Origin: Candidatus Eiseniibacteriota bacterium | GTDB lineage: Bacteria; Eisenbacteria; RBG-16-71-46; JABDJR01 | Assembly: GCA_963762255.1 (NCBI GenBank) | Contig: CAVXKA010000001.1 | Location: forward strand, 224,001-288,000 | Reading direction: 5' to 3' | Length of the DNA stretch: 64,000 nt | Part shown: one piece after another, positions 1 through 10,709 of the stretch | How the letters are laid out: every line of letters begins with the position of its first letter | Position numbering within the stretch: position 1 is the first letter of the stretch | Position numbers and translations under genes: made by a program | Notes under the pieces: generated by a model | What the model saw: only the letters and a program-made list of their open reading frames with translations | Databases searched by the model: none | Told to the model about the DNA's origin: nothing

Positions 1-2
1 AG

Positions 3-551
3 CCCAACGACACGTACGTGCAACAACTGGTGGCCAGCGCGCAGGCGGCGGCGGACGAGGTGGCGCGCCTCGGCGTGGGCGACCCGAATCGCCTGGCCGT
101 CGGCGGCCACTCCTATGGCGCCTTCATGACCGCCAACCTGCTCGCCTACTCGGACATCTTCCGCGCCGGCCTTGCTAGAAGCGGCGCCTACAACCGCACC
201 CTCACCCCGTTCGGCTTCCAGTCCGAGGAACGGACTCTGTGGCAGGCGCCCGAGGTGTACGCGGTGATGTCGCCGTTCAACCATGCGGACACGATCGACG
301 AGCCGATCCTCCTCAGCCACGGTCAGGCGGACAACAACTCGGGGACCTTCCCCATCCAGAGCGAGCGCCTGTTCGACGCGCTGAAGGGACTCGGGAAGAC
401 CGCGCGGCTGGTCATGCTCCCCAGCGAGGCCCACGGGTATCGCGCGCGGGAATCGGTGCTCCACATCCTGTGGGAGTCGGACCGCTGGCTGGAGCAGTAC
501 GTCAAGAACGCGCCGCCTCGCGGTGCGAAGGGTGATACGTCGCCCAAATGA
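3..551 (+). CDS. S9 (prolyl oligopeptidase family) serine peptidase, C-terminal part; truncated by window start
   Basis: GGHSYG nucleophile motif, HGQADNN (Asp) and EAHGY (His) triad motifs; the frame is open back to position 3. Confidence 0.9.
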   Translation, partial: PNDTYVQQLVASAQAAADEVARLGVGDPNRLAVGGHSYGAFMTANLLAYSDIFRAGLARSGAYNRTLTPFGFQSEERTLWQAPEVYAVMSPFNHADTIDEPILLSHGQADNNSGTFPIQSERLFDALKGLGKTARLVMLPSEAHGYRARESVLHILWESDRWLEQYVKNAPPRGAKGDTSPK

Positions 552-664
552 CACCCTCGGCCCCCCAACTGCTTCCCCGGTGACTTTTGGGGTTGTCAGG
601 CTGGACCGGCTTCGCTTAGCGTTGTCGGTCCAGCCCCTGACTCCGAAAAAGTAGAAGAGACCGG

Positions 665-1516
665 ATGATCGATCTTCATGCATCGGCACGGCCGAGGTGC
701 GTCTCGGCCGCGGGGGGCGCGACTGCCCTGCTGCTCCTCCTCCTCGCCATCCTGCCCGCGGCGTCCGCGCACGCTGCCAGCCTTCGCGGGACCAAGTCCG
801 CCATGAACCGTCAGTACGCGGTGGCGCGGGTCAACGGCGCGTCCTTCGCGCGCACCTCCGCCGATGTCTATCGGTGCGTCGACCTGGGGACCCTGGTGCG
901 GGTGGCCGGCAACGCAAACTTCGAGCTGGATAAGGTCTCCTACCCCTTCTGCCGGCCGGAAACGAAGGCCTTCATCGAGCACCTGGCGGCCGATTATCGC
1001 GCCGCGACGGGCGAGAAGTTGGTGATCACGAGCCTCACCCGCCCGATCTCCGCGCAGCCGCGTAACGCTTCGGACCTCTCCGTGCATCCGGCGGGGATGG
1101 CTCTCGACATCCGGCGCAGCAACAGCGGCGCCGCACAACGCTGGCTCGAACGGGAGTTGCTCGCTCTGGAGGGACGGAACCTGATCGACGCGACCAAGGA
1201 ACGCCGGCCACCCCACTACCACGTCGCGGTCTTCCCCGGTCCGCAGCCCGAACTGTTGGCGGAGGCCGACGAGGCGCCGGCGAAGGCTCCGGCCGCCGCA
1301 GTCCGACAAGCCTCACCTGCGGTCAAGAAGACCCCCAGCGCGACCCAAAAGGGCGGCAAGACCTCGGTGCGCACCCACAAGGTTCGCCGGGGCGAGTCGC
1401 TCTGGCTCATCGCGCAGCGCTACGACTGCTCGGTGAGGGCCATCAAGAGCGCCAACTCCATCGCATCGAACCGGCTCAAGCCCGGCCAGGTGCTGCGCAT
1501 CCCCGCCCGCCGCTGA
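665..1516 (+). CDS. Secreted DUF5715-like (Zn DD-peptidase-like fold) protein with C-terminal LysM
   Basis: Signal peptide; ITSLTR..SVHPAGMALDI..PHYHVAV Zn-ligand pattern; Ala/Pro linker; LysM HKVRRGESLWLIAQRY..LKPGQVLRIP. Confidence 0.75.
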   Translation: MIDLHASARPRCVSAAGGATALLLLLLAILPAASAHAASLRGTKSAMNRQYAVARVNGASFARTSADVYRCVDLGTLVRVAGNANFELDKVSYPFCRPETKAFIEHLAADYRAATGEKLVITSLTRPISAQPRNASDLSVHPAGMALDIRRSNSGAAQRWLERELLALEGRNLIDATKERRPPHYHVAVFPGPQPELLAEADEAPAKAPAAAVRQASPAVKKTPSATQKGGKTSVRTHKVRRGESLWLIAQRYDCSVRAIKSANSIASNRLKPGQVLRIPARR

Positions 1517-1584
1517 CTCCTGGGGCTATACTCACGGTTCGCCCCGCACAGGCGCGTGGATCCCAACACGCCGGAGGAGCATCC

Positions 1585-1869
1585 GTGGTCAACGCCGTCG
1601 TCCTCTTGAGCCTCGAGCGCGATCGCATCAACACCGTAGCCGAGCAACTGGCTGGCATGGAGGGGATCACCGAGGTCTACTCCGTGGCCGGGCAATTCGA
1701 CCTCGTGGCCATGGCGCGAGCGCGCGACAACGAAGCCCTGGCCGATCTCATCACCGCCCGCCTGCTCAAGGTTCCAGGCATCCTCCGCTCGGAGACCCTG
1801 ATCGCGTTTCGCGTCTACTCCAAGTACGACCTCGAGCACATGTTCTCCATCGGGATGGAGGACGCGTGA
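1585..1869 (+). CDS. Stand-alone Lrp/AsnC ligand-binding (RAM) domain protein
   Basis: EVYSVAGQFDLVA..GILRSETLI motif, 94 aa, no HTH; GGAGGAG RBS. Confidence 0.85.
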   Translation: MVNAVVLLSLERDRINTVAEQLAGMEGITEVYSVAGQFDLVAMARARDNEALADLITARLLKVPGILRSETLIAFRVYSKYDLEHMFSIGMEDA

Positions 1870-2684
1870 CGCGAGCCGCGATGGCGGTCGCGGCGATGAT
1901 CTGGGTGCTGGTCGGGGGATGCGGCGGCGGCGAGGCGGACCGCGCTGGAGCCGGTCACGCGCGGGCGACGCTTGTCGCGGAGCGCGACGCTTTCACGCCC
2001 GGAGACACGCTGATCCTCGGTGTGTCCTTCACTATCGAGAAGGATTGGCATCTTTACGGCAATACCGCGAACGATACCGGCTTCCCGATCCACGTCACCC
2101 CCAAGTTGCCGCCCGGGTACGTCGCGCTCGATCTTCTCTGGCCCGCACCGAGTCGCCATCTCTCTCCCGGCGACATCCTCGATCACGTCTATGAGGAGCG
2201 CGTCACCCTGCTCCTTCCCGTGGTGGTCCCCGCCGATGCCCGCATCGGCGACCGCGTGGACCTGAAGGCCCACATCGACTGGCTGGTCTGCCGCGATCTG
2301 TGCCTCCCGGAGAGCGCGGACGTGTCCGTGCGCCTGCCCGTGAGGGCGAACGGGGCACCGAACAAGGCCGTGGCTGCCCTATTCGCAGAAACCCGGGCTC
2401 GCCTTCCCGTCCGAGATTCAACGGAAGCCCGCGCCACACGAGAGGGTAAGATCGTCGTCCTCGAGGCTCCGGGCGCACAGGCCCTGGTCTTCTACCCCGG
2501 TCCCGGGTCCGCGCGGTTGGCCAACCCGATTCGCGACGCCGCAGGGACCGGCGCCCGACTCACGCTCACTCTCGCCGAGGCCGACACCGGCGGGGCGCCC
2601 GTCGAGGGCGTGCTCGAAATCACCCGCCCCGGCGGGACATCGTCGTTCATCACGGTTCGTCTCGGGTCCGCCAAGGGTTCCTGA
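1866..2684 (+). CDS. DsbD N-terminal-domain (protein-disulfide reductase) lipoprotein
   Basis: Lipobox-like VGGC; WHLY..GFP..WPAP..Y pattern; WLVCRDLCLP CxxxC motif; GTGA overlap with the upstream gene. Confidence 0.75.
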   Translation: MTRAAMAVAAMIWVLVGGCGGGEADRAGAGHARATLVAERDAFTPGDTLILGVSFTIEKDWHLYGNTANDTGFPIHVTPKLPPGYVALDLLWPAPSRHLSPGDILDHVYEERVTLLLPVVVPADARIGDRVDLKAHIDWLVCRDLCLPESADVSVRLPVRANGAPNKAVAALFAETRARLPVRDSTEARATREGKIVVLEAPGAQALVFYPGPGSARLANPIRDAAGTGARLTLTLAEADTGGAPVEGVLEITRPGGTSSFITVRLGSAKGS

Positions 2685-2716
2685 GACCTTCATCGACCAT
2701 CATCAAGGAGACCCCC

Positions 2717-3379
2717 ATGCGCACTCGAAACGTTTATGCCCTCGCGCTCGCCGCGTTCGCCGTTCTCTTCGGCGCGCCGCCTCTGACCGCGGCCGCCGCG
2801 GACGCCGCCGGCACACCGGAGAAGCCGGCCGAGATGACGCCGGCCGCCCTCGGCGAGAAGGCCCCTGACTTCACCCTCACCGACACGGACGGAAAGACCC
2901 ACAAGCTCAGCGAGTACACCGCGCAGGGTAAGATCGTCGTATTGGAGTGGTTCAACCCGGAGTGTCCGTTCGTGAAGAAGCACCACCAACTCACGCACTC
3001 CATGAACGATACCTATGCATTTGCCAAGGGAGCCGGAGTGGTGTGGCTCGCCATCAACTCGGGCGCGGCGGGCAAGCAGGGCGCCGGTCTCGAGAGGAAC
3101 GCCGCCGCTCGCAAGGACTACGGCATGGAGTACCCGCTGCTCCTCGACGAGAGCGGCGCCGTCGGGAAGCTCTACGGCGCCAAGACGACGCCCCACATGT
3201 TTGTGATCGATGAGAAGGGTACGCTCATCTACCGGGGCGGAATCGACGACGACGCCAGCCCCAAGACGCTCGGCAAGACCAACTACGTCCGCACGTGCCT
3301 GGAGGCCCACTCGGCGAAGAAACCGGTGACGGCGAACGACACGAAGCCCTACGGGTGCAGCGTCAAATACGCCTCATAG
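2717..3379 (+). CDS. Periplasmic redoxin (AhpC/TSA, thioredoxin-family) protein
   Basis: APDFTL.D, EWFNPECPFV, YGAKTTPHMFVID, YRGGIDD and TKPYGCSVKY motifs; signal peptide; AAGGAG RBS. Confidence 0.85.
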   Translation: MRTRNVYALALAAFAVLFGAPPLTAAAADAAGTPEKPAEMTPAALGEKAPDFTLTDTDGKTHKLSEYTAQGKIVVLEWFNPECPFVKKHHQLTHSMNDTYAFAKGAGVVWLAINSGAAGKQGAGLERNAAARKDYGMEYPLLLDESGAVGKLYGAKTTPHMFVIDEKGTLIYRGGIDDDASPKTLGKTNYVRTCLEAHSAKKPVTANDTKPYGCSVKYAS

Positions 3380-3503
3380 GACGAATTCCAAGGTGGCCGG
3401 GCCCGGGGGATGTGCTAGCATCCTCTGAAATCATTATCCGGTAATTGTCCCAGGCCGGTCATGGAGATCATTATGCCTCAGGCGGGCCCAGCCACCTTGG
3501 CCA

Positions 3504-6395
3504 TTGCTGCTGCATCGTAGGGTTCACAACCCGTTCCGCGCGATCGCCCCTCTGCGCGGGCTCGTCATCGCGCTCCTCGTCGCTCTCGCCTGCGTCCATC
3601 CGTGCGTGCCCGGCGCCGAGGCCCAGAAGCGCATCTACATCGCCAACGACGACCATACCGACTACTTCTGGACCGGAACCGACGTTCAATACCGGACAGC
3701 ATTTCTGTCCATGCTCGACTACTACATGAACCAGATCGAGGCCACCGCGGGGAACCCCTCGGATTCCCGCGGCCGCTTCAACTGCGACGGCAGCCTCTGG
3801 GTTCGCGTCTACGAGCAGAACCGGTCCGCCCCCGACTTCGCGCGTTTGGTGGGACATCTGCGCGATGACACCATCACCATGCCGCTCAACACCCTTGTCC
3901 TTCTCTACGGCGCCATGCCCACCGAGGCGGTTCTGCGGAACATGTACTACGCGGGCAGACTGGAGCGCCGCGAGAACCTGCGCTTCCCCATCGTGGTGCC
4001 GATGGAGGACCAGACCCTGCCGGGCGGCGTGGCCTCGCTGTGGGCGGGCTCGGGCGCCAAGTACGCATGGAAGGGTGTGTGCGGCTGCGCGAGCAGGACC
4101 GACTGGGGAGACCGCCCTCGCGAGATCTACCACTTCACCGGTCCCGACGGTCAATCCGTCTGCATGAAGTGGAACACCATGCTGAACGGCTACCAGAGCG
4201 TCGGCGGCTACGCCGAGGCCGCCGATCCCTACGGCGTCGTGGATTACCTCGATGGCAACGCGGGTTTCCTCGCCCGCTGGCCCTGGCTCGTGTCCGCCGC
4301 GTTCGGCTACGGATGTGACGCGCTGCAGACCACGACGGGCGACTTCATGACCGCGTCCCAGATCAAGGCCAACGCCGGACGCCGCGTCATCGTCTCCAAC
4401 GAGAAGGACTTCTTCGAGGATTTTCTCTCCCAATACTCGAGTCAGATCCCCACCTTCTCCGGCTCCTTCGGCAACGAATGGGATCTCTACACGGCCTCCA
4501 TGGCCGAAGTCACAGCGAATTTCCGCCGTCAGGTGGAGAAGCTGCGCACCGCGGAAGCCCTGGCCACGGTAGCCTCGCTCCACGACGCGTCGTTCATGGC
4601 GGGGCGGGAGGAAGCCCGCGACCGGGCCTTTGTGGCCTGCGGCCTCTTCTACGAGCACGACTGGACCGGCGACGGCCCGGTGACGCGCAGCGTGCGGGCT
4701 CAGTTCCAGCGTGACCAGCTCGACAGCCTCTCCGCCTACACGAACCCCCTCTACGTCGACGCGCTCGCCGCCGTGGCGTCCCGTGTCTCACAGCCCGGTG
4801 GCTCCGAGCGCCACGTCGTGTTCAACCCGTTATCGTGGTCGCGCACGGACATCGCCGATCTCACCTCGCAGATCGCGCCGCCGCTCCGGGTCGTGGACGT
4901 CGCGCGGGGCACCGAGGTGCGCAGCCAAATCGTGAGCATCGGCGCCACCACGCTGGTGCGCGTGCTGGCGGACAGCGTGCCGTCGGTGGGGTACCGAGTC
5001 TTCGAGGTGCGCTCGGGGGCGGGGCAGAGCTACGGCCCGGCGGCCGCAGTCACGTTGCCGAGCTTCGACAACGGCACCTACGCGGTGACGCTCGGCGCGC
5101 GCGGGAACATCACGAGCCTCGTCGACCACAAGGACGCCAACCGGCAACTGGTGGATGGCAGCGGCAGCATCCACGACCTGGGCAGCGGCGCGGGGACCGC
5201 AGTGGTCGAAGCTTCCGGCCCGGTCTACGCGACGCTCAAGGTCGTGGCCGGGGGCACTCCCGCGCATGAGACCCGGGTCACCCTCTATGCGGGGCTCGAC
5301 CGCGTCGACGTCGAAGGACGGGTAACCCAGAACTTCTCGTCGAATGTCGGCTACACGTCCGCATTCAACCTCCCCGGCAGCGTCATGCGCCACGAGGAGG
5401 TAGGCATGATCGCTCGTGTGGCGCGCGCCGCCGCCGGAGGGGACTACGCGGACGAGAACGCGCGCACCGACTATCTCACCTTCAACCACTTCGTGGACCT
5501 CTCGCAGACCGACCGCGGGGTGACCGTCTCCAACTGGGACAGCCCGTTCTTCCAAGCGGGCGGCAGCACGCCGAGCTTCCTCGATAGCGTCACCCCGTCG
5601 ATCCGGGCCGTGGTCGGGATGCAGGTGGACGGCCTGACGCTTGGCATGCTGAACCAGGGGGGCGATACCAGCTTTCTCAACCGCTTCTCGCTGCGCACCC
5701 ACGGATCTTACGACCAGGCGGCGGCGATGCGGTTCGCTCTCGAGCACCAGAACCCGTTGGTGGCGACTCGCGTCACCGGCAGCGCGGAGTCACCTCTCCC
5801 GGCGACGGTGTGGTCGCTCCTCTCCATCGACTCGCCCGACGTTCTCCTTTGGGCGCTCAAGCCGGCGGAGGAGGGCATTGGCTCGGGGATGATCGCGCGG
5901 GTGTGGAACCTCGCCGAGGCGCCACGCACCCTGAACCTGGCCGTGCCCGGGACGCCGGTGTCCTCCGCCATGCGCACGACCCATATCGAGACCGACATCG
6001 AACCGGCGAGCTTCGTGGCCGGCGTGCTCGCCGACAATCTCGCGCGCCAGGAAATGCGCACGTATCGCCTGCAGGCCTCGGTGACCGCGACGCCGGACGC
6101 CGAACGCCCCCCTGTGCCGCTGAGCCTGCGCATCTACCCCAATCCCGCGCCGTCCGCGGGACATGCCCGCATCGCGTACTCGCTTGCCGCCGCCGGGCAT
6201 GTGCGCGTCGCCGTGCTCGACGCGCAGGGGCGACGGGTGGCGACACTGCGCGACGGCGAGGAGGCCGCGGGGCCGCACGAGCTGACCTGGGACGGCCTGA
6301 GTGCGAGCGGCACGCCGACGGCCCCCGGGATCTACTTCGTGCAGGTGCGCACACCGGCGGGGACGCGCGCGAGCAAGCTGGTGCGGGTCAGATAG
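3504..6395 (+). CDS. Secreted GH38-like glycoside hydrolase with FlgD-Ig/T9SS-like C-terminal domain (start codon uncertain)
   Basis: Signal peptide ending AEA; ANDDHTDYFW, YEHDW and VFNPLSWSR GH38-type motifs; CTD IYPNP..VAVLDAQGRRV..WDG..PGIYFV..KLVRVR. Confidence 0.7.
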   Translation: MLLHRRVHNPFRAIAPLRGLVIALLVALACVHPCVPGAEAQKRIYIANDDHTDYFWTGTDVQYRTAFLSMLDYYMNQIEATAGNPSDSRGRFNCDGSLWVRVYEQNRSAPDFARLVGHLRDDTITMPLNTLVLLYGAMPTEAVLRNMYYAGRLERRENLRFPIVVPMEDQTLPGGVASLWAGSGAKYAWKGVCGCASRTDWGDRPREIYHFTGPDGQSVCMKWNTMLNGYQSVGGYAEAADPYGVVDYLDGNAGFLARWPWLVSAAFGYGCDALQTTTGDFMTASQIKANAGRRVIVSNEKDFFEDFLSQYSSQIPTFSGSFGNEWDLYTASMAEVTANFRRQVEKLRTAEALATVASLHDASFMAGREEARDRAFVACGLFYEHDWTGDGPVTRSVRAQFQRDQLDSLSAYTNPLYVDALAAVASRVSQPGGSERHVVFNPLSWSRTDIADLTSQIAPPLRVVDVARGTEVRSQIVSIGATTLVRVLADSVPSVGYRVFEVRSGAGQSYGPAAAVTLPSFDNGTYAVTLGARGNITSLVDHKDANRQLVDGSGSIHDLGSGAGTAVVEASGPVYATLKVVAGGTPAHETRVTLYAGLDRVDVEGRVTQNFSSNVGYTSAFNLPGSVMRHEEVGMIARVARAAAGGDYADENARTDYLTFNHFVDLSQTDRGVTVSNWDSPFFQAGGSTPSFLDSVTPSIRAVVGMQVDGLTLGMLNQGGDTSFLNRFSLRTHGSYDQAAAMRFALEHQNPLVATRVTGSAESPLPATVWSLLSIDSPDVLLWALKPAEEGIGSGMIARVWNLAEAPRTLNLAVPGTPVSSAMRTTHIETDIEPASFVAGVLADNLARQEMRTYRLQASVTATPDAERPPVPLSLRIYPNPAPSAGHARIAYSLAAAGHVRVAVLDAQGRRVATLRDGEEAAGPHELTWDGLSASGTPTAPGIYFVQVRTPAGTRASKLVRVR

Positions 6396-7818
6396 CTTCT
6401 GCCGTACGCTGCAACAGATCCCACGTCTCGCGCAGGTGCGTCTCGGTGGTTTTCAGATTGCCCACCGCCAGTCGCAACGCAAAGCGGTCGCGCACCACGA
6501 CGTGCGATAGGAACACCCGCCCTGTGGCGTTCACCGCGTCCATGATCCCGCGGTTGTGCGCGTCCAGCGCGGCGGCGTCGAGACCGGCCGGCACATGGCG
6601 GAAGAGCACCGTGCTCATGGGAGCCGGCGCCATCCGCTCCCAGCCGGGCACGTCGTCGATCCAGCCGGCGAGGGTCCGCGCCATCTCCACGTGGGCGCGG
6701 ATCCTCTCGGCCATGCCTTCCGTCCCGAACGAGCGAATCACCATCCAGAGCTTGAGCGCGCGAAAGCGCCGCCCGAGCGACGGCCCGTAGTCCATGAGGT
6801 TGCGAGCCACGCCGTCCTCGGGGGTCATCAAGTAGGGCGCCACCAGGGAGAACGCCCCGCGCACGACCTCCGGCCTGCGCGTGTAGAGCGCGCTGCAATC
6901 GATGGGCACGAAGAGCCACTTGTGCGGGTTCACCACCAGGCTGTCCGCGCGCTCGCATCCCTCCAGCACCCATCGAAACTCGGGAACGACCGCCATCGAT
7001 CCGCCGTAGGCGGCGTCCACGTGGAGCCAGATCCGCTCGCGTTCGCACAACGCCGCGATCTCGGGGACCGGGTCCACGCTGGTAGTCGATGTCGTGCCGA
7101 CGGTGGCGGTGACCGCCATCGGGCTCCATCCCGCGCGGCGGTCCTCCGTGATGGCCGCCGCCAGCTCATCGACGCGCATGCGGAACGCGTCGTCGGTGCC
7201 GATCTTGCGCACTCCCTCCTGGCCCAGGCCCAGGAGCAAGGCCGCCTTCTCGACCGAGCTATGCGCCTCCTCGCTCGTGTAGAGCCGCAGCCGCGGGCCT
7301 CCCGCAAGTCCCTTCTCGCGTACCGCGCCCTCGGTGGCGGCCTGCCGCGCGGCCGCCAGCGCGACCAGGGTCGAGACGCTCGCGGTGTCGTTGATATGGC
7401 CGTCGAATTCCTCGGGAAGGCCCAGCATCTGCCGCAGCCAGGACAGCGCGACCGCTTCGAGTTCGGTCGCGGCGGGAGAGGCGCGCCAGAGCATCGCGTT
7501 CACGTTGAGCGCCGCTGCGAGCGACTCGCCGAGGATCCCCGGCCCGCTCCCGGTGATCGAGAAGTAGCCGTGAAAGCGCGGATGATTCCAATGCGTGATG
7601 CCGGGGAGGATGATCTCGCGGAAGTCGCGAAGCACGTCCTCCATGGGTTCGCCGCACCGAGGCGGCGACGCGGGGAGCTTCTGCACGATATCCCCCGGGC
7701 GCACCTGCGCCAGCACCGGATAGGCGTCGACGCCTTCGAGGTAGTCGGCGATCCAGTCGGCCACGTCGTGAGCGTGCTTGCGGAACTCTTCGGGGGGCAT
7801 GTCGCCGTGAGCGGTCAT
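6388..7818 (-). CDS. Group II PLP-dependent (aromatic-L-amino-acid-type) decarboxylase
   Basis: ITHWNHPRFHGYF, ASPAATELE, AHSSVEKA, WLHVDAAYGG, NPHKW (PLP lysine), RRFRALKLW; start placed at MTAHGD. Confidence 0.92.
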   Translation of the reverse strand: MTAHGDMPPEEFRKHAHDVADWIADYLEGVDAYPVLAQVRPGDIVQKLPASPPRCGEPMEDVLRDFREIILPGITHWNHPRFHGYFSITGSGPGILGESLAAALNVNAMLWRASPAATELEAVALSWLRQMLGLPEEFDGHINDTASVSTLVALAAARQAATEGAVREKGLAGGPRLRLYTSEEAHSSVEKAALLLGLGQEGVRKIGTDDAFRMRVDELAAAITEDRRAGWSPMAVTATVGTTSTTSVDPVPEIAALCERERIWLHVDAAYGGSMAVVPEFRWVLEGCERADSLVVNPHKWLFVPIDCSALYTRRPEVVRGAFSLVAPYLMTPEDGVARNLMDYGPSLGRRFRALKLWMVIRSFGTEGMAERIRAHVEMARTLAGWIDDVPGWERMAPAPMSTVLFRHVPAGLDAAALDAHNRGIMDAVNATGRVFLSHVVVRDRFALRLAVGNLKTTETHLRETWDLLQRTAEAI

Positions 7819-7891
7819 GGGCGGCTCCGTTTGCTTGGATGGTGCATGCGAGGCCTGGGAGTATAGCGATTCACACCGGCCCGGCGCGGAC

Positions 7892-7920
7892 TTGCCCAAA
7901 CGCCCTACCGCGCTTAGACT
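7892..7920 (+). promoter_or_regulatory. Putative sigma-70 promoter for aceE-aceF-lpdA
   Basis: TTGCCC-17 bp-TAGACT, about 80 bp upstream of the aceE ATG in a divergent intergenic region. Confidence 0.4.
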
Positions 7921-8001
7921 TGCCCGGTTGATCCATCCCGGTCGCCCCCATGATACCGGGCGACCTTGCTTCGCAACCAATTGTCCGAAAAGGTCTTATC
8001 C

Positions 8002-10692
8002 ATGGCATTGTCGCACCGTCCCGAGGACGAGCCCTCCGCCGAGCTAGATCGCGTCGAGACCCAGGAGTGGCTCGAGTCCCTCGACTACGTGATTCAGTCC
8101 GGGAGCGAGGAGCGGGTGGTCCGGCTCCTGCGCCGCCTGCAACGCCGCGCGGCGGAGTTCGGCATCGCGCTCCCCTTCACCGCCAACACCCCCTACATCA
8201 ACACGATCCCTCGTCACGAGCAGCCGCGCTTCCCCGGCAACCGCGAGATCGAGCGGCGCATCAAGAGCCTGCTGCGCTGGAACGCGATGGCGATGGTGGT
8301 GCGCGCCAACCGCGAGTCGCCCGGCATCGGCGGGCACATCTCCACCTATGCCTCCGCGGCTACACTCTTCGAGATCGGCTTCAACCACTTCTTCCGCGGC
8401 AAGGATCACGAGTCGGGCGGCGACCAGGTCTACTTTCAGGGTCACGCCTCCCCCGGCATCTACGCGCGTGCGTTCCTGGAGGGGCGCATCACGGAGGGCC
8501 AGCTCGAAAACTTCCGCCGCGAGCTTCGCCCGGAAGGAGGGCTCTCCTCCTATCCGCACCCATGGCTCATGCCGAATTTCTGGGAGTTCCCGACGGTCTC
8601 GATGGGGCTCGCACCCATCACCGCGATCTATCAGGCGCGCTTCAACCGCTATCTCGAGGACCGCGGGCTCATCGAGCGTTCGGGAAAGGTGTGGGCGTTC
8701 CTCGGCGACGGCGAGCTGGACGAGCCGGAAGCGCTGGGCGCGATCACCCTCGCCTCGCGCGAGAGACTCGACAATCTGATCTTCGTGGTGAACTGCAACC
8801 TGCAGCGCCTCGACGGGCCGGTCCGCGGCAACGGCAAGATCATCCAGGAGCTCGAGGCGAACTTCCGCGGCGCGGGCTGGAACGTCATCAAGGTCATCTG
8901 GGGAAGCGACTGGGATCGTCTCCTGGCGCAGGACACCGAGGGCGTGCTGGTGGACCGCATGGAGTCCGCGGTGGACGGGCGACTACCAGAAGTACATCGG
9001 TGGAGGCCGGCGCCTACATCCGCGAGCACTTCTTCGGCACCGACCCGCGGCTCTCCGCGATGGTGGCGGATCTGACCGACGAGGAGATCCGCAAGCTCCG
9101 CCGCGGCGGCCACGATCCGGAGAAGGTCTACGCGGCGTACAAGGCCGCGGTCGAGCACACCGGCTCGCCCACCGTCATCCTGGCCAAGACGATCAAGGGC
9201 TACGGCCTCGGCGAGGCGGGCGAAGGAAAGAACATCACCCACCAGCAGAAGAAGCTCAACGAGGAGGAGCTGCGCGAGTTCCGCTCGCGCTTCGGCATCC
9301 CGATCTCGGACGAGGACGTGGCGCAGGCGCCCTTCTATCGCCCGGCCGAGGACAGCCCGGAGATGCGCTACCTCCACGAGCGGCGCGAAGTCGCTCGGCG
9401 GGTATCTCCCCGAGCGGCGCGAGCGCGCACCCAAGCTGGAGATGCCCCCCGCGGACATCTTCGCGGAGTTCACTGGAGCGGGCGAGGAGACGCGACATGG
9501 CCACCACCATGGCCGTTCGTCCGCATGATCGCCAAGCTCCTGCGCGACAAGAGCGTCGGCAAGCTCATCGTGCCGATCGTCCCCGACGAGGCGCGCACCT
9601 TCGGCATGGAGGCGCTCTTCCGCCAGGTCGGCATCTACTCGCACGTCGGGCAGCAATACGAGCCGGTGGACTCGCGAAACGCTCCTCTATTACAAGGAAG
9701 CCACCGACGGACAGATCCTGGAGGAGGGAATCACCGAGGCGGGCTCGATGTCCTCGTTCATCGCCGCCGGCACCGCCTACGCCACGCACGGCGTGAACAC
9801 GATCCCGTTCTTCCTCTTCTACTCGATGTTCGGCTTCCAGCGGATCGGCGATCTCATCTGGGCCGCGGCCGACATGCGCTGCCGGGGGTTCCTCATCGGC
9901 GCCACCGCCGGCCGCACCACGCTGGCCGGCGAAGGGCTACAGCACCAGGACGGCCACAGCCAGCTCCTGGCCTATCCGAACCCCAACGTGCACGCCTACG
10001 ATCCCGCGTTCGCGTACGAGCTGGCGGTGATCGTGTACGAGGGGATCCGCCGGATGTACGTGGAGCAAGAGCCCCGCTTCTACTATCTCACCGTGGGCAA
10101 CGAGGTCTATCAGCAGCCGCCCATGCCGCCGGGGGTGGAGGAAGGGATCCTACGCGGTCTCTATCGATTCAAGCCCTCGGCCAAGAGGGCCAAGAAGAAG
10201 CGCGTCCACCTTTTCGGCAGCGGCGCGCTGATGCCCGAGGTGCTCAAGGCCCAGGAGATGCTTGAGAAGCAGTACGGAGTGGCCGCCGACGTGTGGAGCG
10301 CGACGAGCTACAAGGAGCTGGTGCACGATGTGCTCGAGGTGGAGCGGTGGAATCGACTCCACCCCGACTCGGAGCCGCGCCGGCCGTATATCCGCGAGGT
10401 GCTGGGTGACGAGGCGGTACCGGTGGTGGCGGTCTCCGACTATGTGCGGCCGCTCCCCTACTCGCTCTCCCGATGGATCCCCGGCGAGTTCACCGCCCTC
10501 GGCACCGAAGGTTTCGGCCGCAGTGAAGCCCGCGCCGACCTGCGCGACTTCTTCGAGGTGGATCACCGCTACACGGTGCTGGCCGCCCTCTCCGCGCTCG
10601 CGCGCAACGGCGACGTGGAGCGCGAGGTGCCGGCCAAGGCGCTCAAAGACCTCGGGATCTCGCCCGACAAGAAGAACCCGTTGAGTTCATAG
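8002..10692 (+). CDS. aceE: Pyruvate dehydrogenase E1, homodimeric type; interrupted by about six +1 frameshifts (probably sequencing errors)
   Basis: [67 protein letters not shown] and [11 protein letters not shown] are spread over three frames; shifts near 8979, 8996, 9388, 9470-9496, 9514 and 9675. Confidence 0.93.
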
Positions 10693-10709
10693 CAAAGGGA
10701 AATCCCAAG

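Noticed and set aside
7950-10265. 771-aa ORF overlapping aceE
   Set aside because: An alternative frame carrying pieces of AceE because of the frameshifts; not a separate gene
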